Shown in pieces: positions 53,394 through 61,459 of a stretch of DNA of 64,000 bases. Origin of the DNA: a virus; IMG/VR virus record IMGVR_UViG_3300013232_000047, positions 32,001-96,000 of that record; one strand, 5' to 3'. The notes below the pieces were generated by a model that was not told where the DNA came from, ran no database searches, and was given only the letters and a program-made list of their open reading frames with translations. The position numbers were made by a program, and so were the translations under genes. The first letter of the stretch is position 1. Each line of letters starts with the position of its first letter.

Positions 53394-53990
53394 ATGGTAA
53401 ACAAATGGTTAAGCCGTGTCATGGGACAGGCCGTGGTCGAATCTGTGCCTGCGCGTAGGGTGTCTGCACTGACTAAAGTGCTCGGTGAAGCCGAGGATAG
53501 TGAAGACGAGAAGGCTGACAGTCCTGAACCCGAGGATAAGCAGGAAAGTCCTAAACAGGAGCCTTTACCTGCACCTGCTACCGATAAGCCTGAAGCAGCT
53601 GTAGACGCCGACATCGAAGCCGGTGCGGAATCGAGCGCAGACGACACCGTGATCAGTCAAACTGTTGCCCACTTGGTTTCAGCTTGGGAGAGCGGCAGTA
53701 AAATGGACGTTGCCTCTGAGCTGTTGTATACGGCGGTAAGTTACACAGATTTTGTGAGGATGCTATTTCAGATCGGTGAGCAGGCTGGCGTGGAACTGGG
53801 CGGGATGCTTGACGAGCTTTCTGAAGTGCAGCCCAGTATAGACCAGCCGGGCGGTGGCAGACCACCTGAAGCCGATCAAGGGAATAGTGCCGGGCGAATT
53901 TTGTCCCGCGTTGCTCAGCATCGTAGAACCGAGAAACCGGTAATTCAGCCTGCTGGTGAATCTTCTCCTGAACTTGATACAGCACCATGA
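53394..53990 (+). CDS. Acidic hypothetical protein, possible prohead core
   Basis: SRVMGQ..VES leader; GTAGTTAG motif; upstream of protease. Confidence 0.65.
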   Translation: MVNKWLSRVMGQAVVESVPARRVSALTKVLGEAEDSEDEKADSPEPEDKQESPKQEPLPAPATDKPEAAVDADIEAGAESSADDTVISQTVAHLVSAWESGSKMDVASELLYTAVSYTDFVRMLFQIGEQAGVELGGMLDELSEVQPSIDQPGGGRPPEADQGNSAGRILSRVAQHRRTEKPVIQPAGESSPELDTAP

Positions 53991-54799
53991 GCAATTCAAT
54001 TCTTGACCAAGTGATGGGGCGCAAGCCTCGTGTGAATGAGGATGTGCCAGTGCCTTGTGCTGCTTTGCCGCGTCGCAGCTATCGAGATCGTTTGGAACAA
54101 CAGCGCTTGCGTCGTGATCCGGAGGGCACTGAAACTAACAAAAAACGCGAGGAAGATAGTATGGACGCTGATTTGCGTGCTGCTGTGGGTGAGTCAGAGG
54201 AAGAATCGAGTAGTGACACAAAATCTATCATACCAGATGGTGCCGAAGAAATAGACGGCGCAACGAACGTCATAACGACCCGGCTTAAGCCTATCAGGGA
54301 CGTTGTTCAGGAGCCATCTTATCCATCTGGTGCGAAGGAAAAGCTGCTTACACCCTACGCGGCGCTTACAGCTCCAGATGCTACACCAGAGGGAATGTCG
54401 CCGTTGGACCCGTCAAAAGTGCCGGGCATGGCGTCGCCGAATAAGTTTTCATGGTCGGAGTTGCAGAAGGCTGCGCCAGAACCTCCGCAGGAAACGGTAA
54501 TACCTTCTACTGGCGGTGATACAGCTGTTAACGCCATGGACGTGCTGCTTGGACGTAATCGTGGTGCTGGGCGGCCTCCGGTGGATGCAGCGGAAATGGC
54601 AGCCGCAGGTCAGTTTGCTACCGAAGAAGCGGCATTGGCGTCCATGGGCATTCAAAATCCAGCTATAGTAGAAGAAGCGGCTGCAAAAGCTTCAGCCGCA
54701 TTGGTTGCTAATCCTGATCCAACAGGCGGCAGTTTGATGCCGGAACACGTGCCTGCAGACATCAAAAAAGTTTGTGAGGCAGCTCGTAAATGGATCTGA
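53987..54799 (+). CDS. Acidic hypothetical protein, possible prohead core
   Basis: DQVMG..VNE leader; ATGA coupling. Confidence 0.65.
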   Translation: MSNSILDQVMGRKPRVNEDVPVPCAALPRRSYRDRLEQQRLRRDPEGTETNKKREEDSMDADLRAAVGESEEESSSDTKSIIPDGAEEIDGATNVITTRLKPIRDVVQEPSYPSGAKEKLLTPYAALTAPDATPEGMSPLDPSKVPGMASPNKFSWSELQKAAPEPPQETVIPSTGGDTAVNAMDVLLGRNRGAGRPPVDAAEMAAAGQFATEEAALASMGIQNPAIVEEAAAKASAALVANPDPTGGSLMPEHVPADIKKVCEAARKWI

Positions 54800-54859
54800 T
54801 TTGTATACATTCGTTTATTACTCACTTTGAATGGGAAGCAATTGTAGGCGTTTACATCT

Positions 54860-55150
54860 GTGTCAACTACTGTAGAGCAAAAACTTTCTGAACCGATCGA
54901 GCCGTTGGGTTTACACGTTTTGGTAACTCGTGAGCCTTGGTCTGATTTTTTCGTGCTTACACTTGACAACGGTCATTCCGAAGAGCTTGAAGTTGAGGAT
55001 ACTAGGACTTGGTTTAAGCAGCGAGGAGCGAATATGGATCTTATCGAGAAGGCTCTTGACCAATGTTGGAATTTCCAAAGATGCGAAGTCATTATCGACA
55101 ATCCTAAAGATCCTTCGCTGCCTCCCCTGCCATACGCTCCTCGTTTATAA
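54860..55150 (+). CDS. Hypothetical protein
   Basis: 96-aa ORF in head gene cluster. Confidence 0.6.
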   Translation: MSTTVEQKLSEPIEPLGLHVLVTREPWSDFFVLTLDNGHSEELEVEDTRTWFKQRGANMDLIEKALDQCWNFQRCEVIIDNPKDPSLPPLPYAPRL

Positions 55151-55259
55151 AGTGTTTGGATTGATTTTCAATTCTCTTAGATGCGGTTTACGCGTCTCTA
55201 ACATGGTCTAAGGAGTTTTCAGCATAGTTTACAGCAAGCAGTGAAGTGCTGTAAACATC

Positions 55260-57149
55260 ATGCGACAATACCTAGTTGAAGGCGCTACAGGCGCATTTCC
55301 TTTCATCGTAGACCGGAGTAAACCTCCGGTTGTCGAAAGCAAGCCTACTGGTGGATCTTTAACGCGTATTCCCGGTAGGTTTTCAGTCTGTGACTGCGTG
55401 AATGGTAATAACCGGCGTTATTCACGCCGGGTCTGGGAGAAAAATTTGACGGACGGTTCTCTGCTTCAAGGGTCCATTAAGCGCAATGCTGCATTCGGAC
55501 TTCTGGAACATCCCAAGGACGGAATAGTAACGCTGCTTTCTCCCATATCCCACCACGTCACGATGGCACAGATGGTCGAAGGCAAAGACTCGACTGGAAA
55601 GTCTATCAGTGAAGTCGTCGGCGAAATCACGCTTCTGGATACCGTCGAGGGAAACAAGCTCAAGGCGCTCATAGAGGGCGGCTACAATCCACTTGTTTCA
55701 AGCCGTGGTTACGGCTCTTTACAACGCGCCGGTGACGGTGTGGACGAAGTTCAGGAGGATTACGTCTGTGAAAGCTGGGACGTGGTGATTAAGCCTTCTT
55801 TCGAACAAGCTGAACTTATTCCGGATCGCAGCTCTACTACAGCAACGATGGCAGAGCCTGTTAAACCTCAAGCTGAATCATTTGTTGAAGATCCTTCCAA
55901 GTTTGATCCTAGCGCATGTCCTGAATGCGGTCTTGTTAACAAGCTGGAAACCAATCGCTGCTCGTGTGGACACACCTTCGTTAAACCTCCGGCCAATATT
56001 CCGATAGAGCAGATGCCTGATGACGTGAAAGCGAGCCTGCTGGCTCAGCTACAGGCTTGGCGTAAAAATAAAGCTACAAAGATCCCAACCTTCGGTAGCG
56101 GTAACGAGGAGATTTCATTTTCCGAAACCTTAAATTTGAAGGAATCGACGCCTTCAACTGGTACGGCACGCCCGGCCAGCGAAACCAAAACAAAGACAAA
56201 CCATATGGAACTGAACGAAATCAAGTTGCGCGTTGATGCCCTTCGCAACATCGACCCGGCGAAGCCACGGTTCGCTGAGTCGATGGCGCAAGTCGAAGAA
56301 TTGCATCAGAGTGTAGCTCAGTGGGCCGCTACGGACGCTACCCGTTCGTGGGAGGCTCAGAAGCTCCACAAGGAACTTGAGAGCGTTAGTGAAGCACTCA
56401 CTAACAGTATCAAGGCACCTGTTAAAGAGGCCAAGCGCCTCAGTGAACAAAACCTGAAGCTGATGAAGGTCATCAACGCTGTTGCACAAACTGCGCTGAC
56501 CTACAAGAAGCGTGTCGGCGAGTCCATGAAGTCCACGACAGAAGGTCAAAAACTCAAAGAAGAACTTACCCGCCGGGGACAAGGCTGGAAGCGCGTTGCT
56601 GAAGAACGCGGCCAGAAGCTGTCGGTGCTGGAAAAAGACTTCTCTGACTCCTGCGAAGCTCTCGATGCCATATCGAAGCGGTATCACGAAGATACCACTG
56701 AGCTGGCTCGACGTCTCATTGTGCTGGAGTTCAAGGAAAAGGCGGCAGCCCCTGAAATCCAGAAGTCGCTCAAGGAAGCTACTCGCCTTCGTCATATCGC
56801 GTCAATTCGCGAGACGTTGGAAGGCAAGAATACTCCTGTGGTAACTGAAGAAGAAGGCAAGAAAGCCGCTGGAGTTGGCAAGCCTGCGGACGGAGAGAAT
56901 CCGACGATGGCGAAGAAGACAGGTGACAAGAAGAAAGAGGGTGAAGGCGATTGCGTTGCCAAAGAACCCGGCAGTGTCACTAACGAGTCGAAAGACAAAA
57001 CGGCTTCGGAAACTACCCCGTTGGTGGAATCCAAAGAGAAACAGCCTGTCAACGAGACAGGTGCGAAGCTCGTGTACAGCACCCGCGACCCACGCTCTAT
57101 TAATGAGAGCGTAGACCTCGTGAAGCGCCTGAGCACAGCCGCCAAGTAA
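55260..57149 (+). CDS. Prohead protease (T4 gp21-like) fused to a coiled-coil scaffold
   Basis: NGNNRRY, GLLEHP, ISH, VSSRGYGS, WDVVIKPS; long coiled-coil C-terminal half. Confidence 0.88.
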   Translation: MRQYLVEGATGAFPFIVDRSKPPVVESKPTGGSLTRIPGRFSVCDCVNGNNRRYSRRVWEKNLTDGSLLQGSIKRNAAFGLLEHPKDGIVTLLSPISHHVTMAQMVEGKDSTGKSISEVVGEITLLDTVEGNKLKALIEGGYNPLVSSRGYGSLQRAGDGVDEVQEDYVCESWDVVIKPSFEQAELIPDRSSTTATMAEPVKPQAESFVEDPSKFDPSACPECGLVNKLETNRCSCGHTFVKPPANIPIEQMPDDVKASLLAQLQAWRKNKATKIPTFGSGNEEISFSETLNLKESTPSTGTARPASETKTKTNHMELNEIKLRVDALRNIDPAKPRFAESMAQVEELHQSVAQWAATDATRSWEAQKLHKELESVSEALTNSIKAPVKEAKRLSEQNLKLMKVINAVAQTALTYKKRVGESMKSTTEGQKLKEELTRRGQGWKRVAEERGQKLSVLEKDFSDSCEALDAISKRYHEDTTELARRLIVLEFKEKAAAPEIQKSLKEATRLRHIASIRETLEGKNTPVVTEEEGKKAAGVGKPADGENPTMAKKTGDKKKEGEGDCVAKEPGSVTNESKDKTASETTPLVESKEKQPVNETGAKLVYSTRDPRSINESVDLVKRLSTAAK

Positions 57150-57181
57150 CAAACCAAAACCCCAAAGAAACAGAAATACAT

Positions 57182-58657
57182 ATGGTAATCCTCTCTGAAA
57201 GTGGACGGCCAGTTCTGGCGAGTGATGGCGGGCATATCAGCCGCTTCACCGACATTCTGGAGTGGGGCTACCGTCTGGCGGAAACGCCTGTCGGCATCCC
57301 TGAGAAGAATCCTCGTGGCTTATGGGAAGCGCGTGGCTGGAAAGAGTTCGTGGCGCACATGCCCGAGCACAAACGGCCTATCGCTGCCATCATGCTCGAA
57401 AATTGCCGGTCTCGCTTCGGTCGTCTCGACGAAGTGACCCGCACGACCTCACTCGGCACGTTCGATAAATGGATTTTCCCCATTATCGCCAACATGTCTG
57501 AGAATGATGTCATTGACCAGCTGATTGCCCTCCAGCCTATGGCTGGCCCGGTCTCTCAGATCGTCTACATGGACATCGTGACTGGTCGCCGAAAAGGTCG
57601 CACCCCGGCTGGTTCGCCCATGTGGCGTGCTCTGCAGGGCGCGGTTGACCGTGACGACGACGCTGATGAGCTGATTCAGGACGAGAGCGGAACCACAAAC
57701 GGTTCTGGCGTACTCGTGCTGGAATGGACTCCTATCCGCGCCGGGACTGTTACAGGCACCGTGGGTGCAGCTTCTGTTGCTGACGATGGCAATGGTAACA
57801 TGATCAACGTCGCTACAAACGCCGTTGTGGGTGCTATCATCTATCAGGGCACAGGCGCTGGTGCAGTTAACTTCACCTTGGGTGGTGGAGCATACCAGAA
57901 CGCGGCTTACAGCCTGACGTATGCGTTCAATTCTGAAGGCAACCTCGCCATTCAGGACTACGAAATGAAGCTCAGTTCGACTCCTGTCACCGCAAAGGTG
58001 ATGAAGTTGAAAACGCTGTGGTCGGAAGAAGCCGATCAAAACTTGCAAGCGATGTATAACATCAAGGCGGAGAGCGTCCTGCTCAATGCTCTGACAAATG
58101 CGTTGCAGTACCAGAAACATCGTCAGGTCATCTTTGACTTGCGTGCCAAGGCTGATGCAGGTTTCGTGGTTTGGGACGCTATCGCCCCGGCGAGCGTTAA
58201 CTACCAGACGCATAAGTTCTCCATCATTGATGCCTTCGAGACTGCCTCGAACTTCATCTTTGGAAGTACAAACATGGTTGCTGGTAACTGGTTGCTGCTT
58301 GGTCTCCAAGCTGCGACTGTTGTGGCCACGCTGCCTCAGTTCGTACCCAAGAATGCTCGCACCCAAATGCAAGGAATTACTTATTTGGGTGACCTCGGAA
58401 ACAAGAAGGTCTTTGCTGATCCTCACTATCCGAACAACGAGTTTCTGGTTGGTCACAAGGGCGATCAGTTCTTGACGACTGGCTACGTGTTGGCTGAGTA
58501 CCAAAAGCTGTACACCACGCCTGATATCGTTCTGCCTGATTTCATCCATCAACGCGGGTTTGCTACGAGTTTCGCTCGTAAGATGATCAACGCGAAGATG
58601 TACTGTCGCGGCCTCATTCAGAATAGTCCAACGGCATTCGGTCAAACTATTGGCTAA
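57182..58657 (+). CDS. Major capsid protein (T4 gp23-like)
   Basis: AIMLEN, LQPMAGPVSQIVY, VTAKVMKLKTLWSEEADQNLQA, GHKG..GYVLA.Y; directly after protease. Confidence 0.92.
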   Translation: MVILSESGRPVLASDGGHISRFTDILEWGYRLAETPVGIPEKNPRGLWEARGWKEFVAHMPEHKRPIAAIMLENCRSRFGRLDEVTRTTSLGTFDKWIFPIIANMSENDVIDQLIALQPMAGPVSQIVYMDIVTGRRKGRTPAGSPMWRALQGAVDRDDDADELIQDESGTTNGSGVLVLEWTPIRAGTVTGTVGAASVADDGNGNMINVATNAVVGAIIYQGTGAGAVNFTLGGGAYQNAAYSLTYAFNSEGNLAIQDYEMKLSSTPVTAKVMKLKTLWSEEADQNLQAMYNIKAESVLLNALTNALQYQKHRQVIFDLRAKADAGFVVWDAIAPASVNYQTHKFSIIDAFETASNFIFGSTNMVAGNWLLLGLQAATVVATLPQFVPKNARTQMQGITYLGDLGNKKVFADPHYPNNEFLVGHKGDQFLTTGYVLAEYQKLYTTPDIVLPDFIHQRGFATSFARKMINAKMYCRGLIQNSPTAFGQTIG

Positions 58658-58675
58658 TCTGTTTGGTAGAAATTC

Positions 58676-58708
58676 AAAAGCCCCCGGAGTTTCCTCCGGG
58701 GGCTTTTT
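58676..58708. terminator. Bidirectional intrinsic terminator between capsid gene and TIGR array
   Basis: AAAAGCCCCCGGAG-TTTC-CTCCGGGGGCTTTTT. Confidence 0.9.
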
Positions 58709-58721
58709 CGCTTATAACCTA

Positions 58722-59824
58722 TGGTGCTTTAACCCTGCACGGCTCGCTCTCACGTGTTGGTGCTCTCTACCTATCTGGCTCGCTCTGTAGTATCGGTGCT
58801 CTTGCTCGCTCTGGCTCGCTCATCTATAATGCTACTTTCACTTATTTTGGCTCGCTCGTTCATCACGGTGCTCTCATGTGTGACGGCTCGCTCACATCTC
58901 GTGGTGCTCTTCGCGGCTGTGGCTCGCTCTTCAGTTTTGGTGCTCTCTCGGTCTCTGGCTCGCTTCTTTACGTTGGTGCTCTCTACCTATCTGGCTCGCT
59001 CTGTAGTATCGGTGCTCTTGCTGGTTATGGCTCGCTCGTAATCTTTGGTGCTCTCAGCTTCCCCGGCTCGCTCTATTTCATCGGTGCTCTCTGAAATTGC
59101 GGCTCGCTCAGTCGCTTTGGTACTCTTTGTGGCCCCGGCTCGCTCTTTCATCTCGGTGCTCTACTTCGCAATGGCTCGCTTCTTTCCTGTGGTAATCTCT
59201 TAGGCTATGGCTCGCTCTATCGTTTTGGTGCTCTTCCTTTCAAAGGCTCGCTTCCGCATTTTGGTGCTCTCGGGTTCAATGGCTCGCTACTCCTGCTTGG
59301 TGCTCTTTGGCGATTTGGCTCGCTCTGTGTCTTTGGTGCTCTCCGACATGGCGGCTCGCTCGCGCTCTACGGTGCTCTTCAACGGATTGGCTCGCTCCTG
59401 CTGGTTGGTGCTCTCTGTCGGCACGGCTCGCTCTACTGTTTTGGTGCTCTCACGGTCTCTGGCTCGCTTATTCTTTTTGGTGCTCTCCTGCCATTTGGCT
59501 CGCTATCTTACTGTGCTGCTATTGTCATTTTTGGCTCGCTCGGGTTCTACGGTGCTCTATGCGTCCTTGGCTCGCTTTCCTGATGTGGTGCTCTAGCTTC
59601 TTGTGGCTCGCTCATCTATAACGTTGCTGTCACCTTTTCTGGCTCGCTCAATCTTCGTGGTGCTCTCTGGCTTTGTGGCTCGCTCATCATCTCTGGTGCT
59701 CTCCCTTGAGGTGGCTCGCTCCTAGACTTTGGTGCTCTTCGTTTACGTGGCTCGCTCTCGCATCACGGTGCTCTCGTATGTAATGGCTCGCTTGCATTCA
59801 ACGGTGCTCTACGTCTGTTTGGCT
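58722..59824 (-). repeat. TIGR-type array 2: 31 units of 36 nt
   Basis: Minus strand AGCGAGCCA-9 nt-AGAGCACCA-9 nt; exact 36-nt phase checked at 58722, 59082, 59442, 59802. Confidence 0.92.
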
Positions 59825-60081
59825 TAAATTCGTCGCCATTCTGCAATTGCTCGCATGTTGCTGGAAGGAACTTGGCTGGGTGCGTATCGACCCGTTTTTT
59901 CAATCAATTTGTCTTTTCTAGCTTGTCGAAAAACGCATCCCCAAGCGTTGGGATGCGCTGGATTTGCAGATTGGTTTTGATGTGCCTTAATGCGGATATC
60001 ATCAGAGTTAAAGAGTGTTCCGATGGGAATCCGGATGATGAGACGCATAATTTCCTCTTGCCATGCGCTGTGGTGTTGCAT
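59824..60081 (-). CDS. Small basic protein between arrays (winged-helix-like)
   Basis: FNSDDIR..PAHPNAWG.VF..LIEKTG pattern. Confidence 0.7.
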   Translation of the reverse strand: MQHHSAWQEEIMRLIIRIPIGTLFNSDDIRIKAHQNQSANPAHPNAWGCVFRQARKDKLIEKTGRYAPSQVPSSNMRAIAEWRRI

Positions 60082-60083
60082 GT

Positions 60084-60998
60084 CTAGCTCGCTTTCGCTT
60101 CTGTTGCTTGTCTGTCTAAAAGGTCATTCAGTTTAAGGACTAGGCGCTGTAGTGCCCTGTAGTCTTTCAGGTGGGTATAGTACTCTGTGACGATATTTTC
60201 AACGGTTGCTGTGTCAAAGGACGTACCGTCGATGATCAGGTTTTTGTCACTGAATCCCCAGCGGCAGGATTTGATCTTTTGAACCTGCAGCGTAGCTTGT
60301 GCCTCTTTCAAAATCGTAGCCTTGTCTTGGACGAGCTTCTTGCCCGGCAGGATGATTCTGGACTGCCACGCGCTGATCTTGTCCTTGTCTACGGCCTGTT
60401 CCACTACGATCTTAGTCTTGCCATCCGTTGTCACCTTTCTAGGGATAAGGAGAGTTTTGGTTTTAAGGATGTGATCCTGTGTATCGGCGGTGGCTTCTGT
60501 CATTATGACGCGCTGATAAAGCGGGCATCGGGACGTGAAAAACTGATAGCTTATACGGTTACGGCCAATCGCGTCTAAAGCACGCAGAAAACCTGCGTCG
60601 ATGCTGGGACAGTTCCGAAGGATATCAGCATCTATTTCAGCTTGTTGTCCGGACGGCGTGCGATCAATCCAAGCGACATAGAGAATTCCGGTAGCTGTCC
60701 ATGCCAGATGTCCAAGGTTAATGCCTCGTATGAACGCTTTTTTAAGTTCCCCGAGGTCAGTCGGAACTAGCAGACGCGATTTAACAAATTCATACGTCGT
60801 CACCGCGTCTGGTGTTGTTGTGAGCAATTCCTGTAAGGACTGCTTGTCGTTAGTTTTAGTGTTTGTGTTTGTTGGTTTAGTCATATATTCGCGCAACTCC
60901 TGTGTTTGTGCGCCCAGTCGGAACTGGGCGCGGTTATGTTGCCGGGCCATCATCGACCCGCGCATTCTGGATATGGCGTTGTTTAATGCTTCGCTCAT
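60084..60998 (-). CDS. Hypothetical protein between arrays
   Basis: 304-aa ORF; start overlaps the last degenerate repeat of array 1. Confidence 0.7.
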   Translation of the reverse strand: MSEALNNAISRMRGSMMARQHNRAQFRLGAQTQELREYMTKPTNTNTKTNDKQSLQELLTTTPDAVTTYEFVKSRLLVPTDLGELKKAFIRGINLGHLAWTATGILYVAWIDRTPSGQQAEIDADILRNCPSIDAGFLRALDAIGRNRISYQFFTSRCPLYQRVIMTEATADTQDHILKTKTLLIPRKVTTDGKTKIVVEQAVDKDKISAWQSRIILPGKKLVQDKATILKEAQATLQVQKIKSCRWGFSDKNLIIDGTSFDTATVENIVTEYYTHLKDYRALQRLVLKLNDLLDRQATEAKAS

Positions 60999-61004
60999 TT
61001 ATTT

Positions 61005-61459
61005 TGGTGCTCTCTGGCTTTGTGGCTCGCTTGCGCATCTCGGTGCTCTCTTCCGCAATGGCTCGCTCTTTGGTTCTGGTGCTCTCATCCTGCTTGGCTC
61101 GCTCTGGTAGACTGGTGCTCTCTCCTGATGTGGCTCGCTCGTGTTGTTTGGTGCTCTCTGGTCCATTGGCTCGCTCTTTGTCCGTGGTGCTCTCCTTTGG
61201 TATGGCTCGCTTGCGTTCAACGGTGCTCTCCTTCACTCTGGCTCGCTTACATTCGGTGGTGCTCTCCTGCAATTCGGCTCGCTCCGCAATAGTGGTGCTC
61301 TCCTGCATTCTGGCTCGCTCTTACGGTTTGGTGCTTTCGCCTTGCGCGGCTCGCTCTTTGGTTCTGGTGCTCTCATCCTGCTTGGCTCGCTCTGGTCAGT
61401 TGGTGCTCTCCGGTGTAATGGCTCGCTCATCGGTGTTGGTGCTCTCCCTAATCATGGCT
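61005..61459 (-). repeat. TIGR-type array 1: 13 units of 36 nt
   Basis: Same two alternating 9-nt repeats and 9-nt spacers; starts at the stop codon of the Nop-domain gene. Confidence 0.92.

Noticed and set aside
57449-58645. 398-aa antisense ORF over the capsid gene (also long antisense ORFs at 6349, 39898, 56154)
   Set aside because: Typical antisense shadows of strongly codon-biased genes
58663-59621. ORFs of 95-143 aa with GAL/GSL or LARS repeats across array 2
   Set aside because: By-products of a 36-nt repeat that lacks stops in several frames; conservation is at nucleotide level and frames break at stops
58722-61459. CRISPR array
   Set aside because: Two alternating 9-nt repeats with 9-nt spacers and no cas genes do not fit CRISPR
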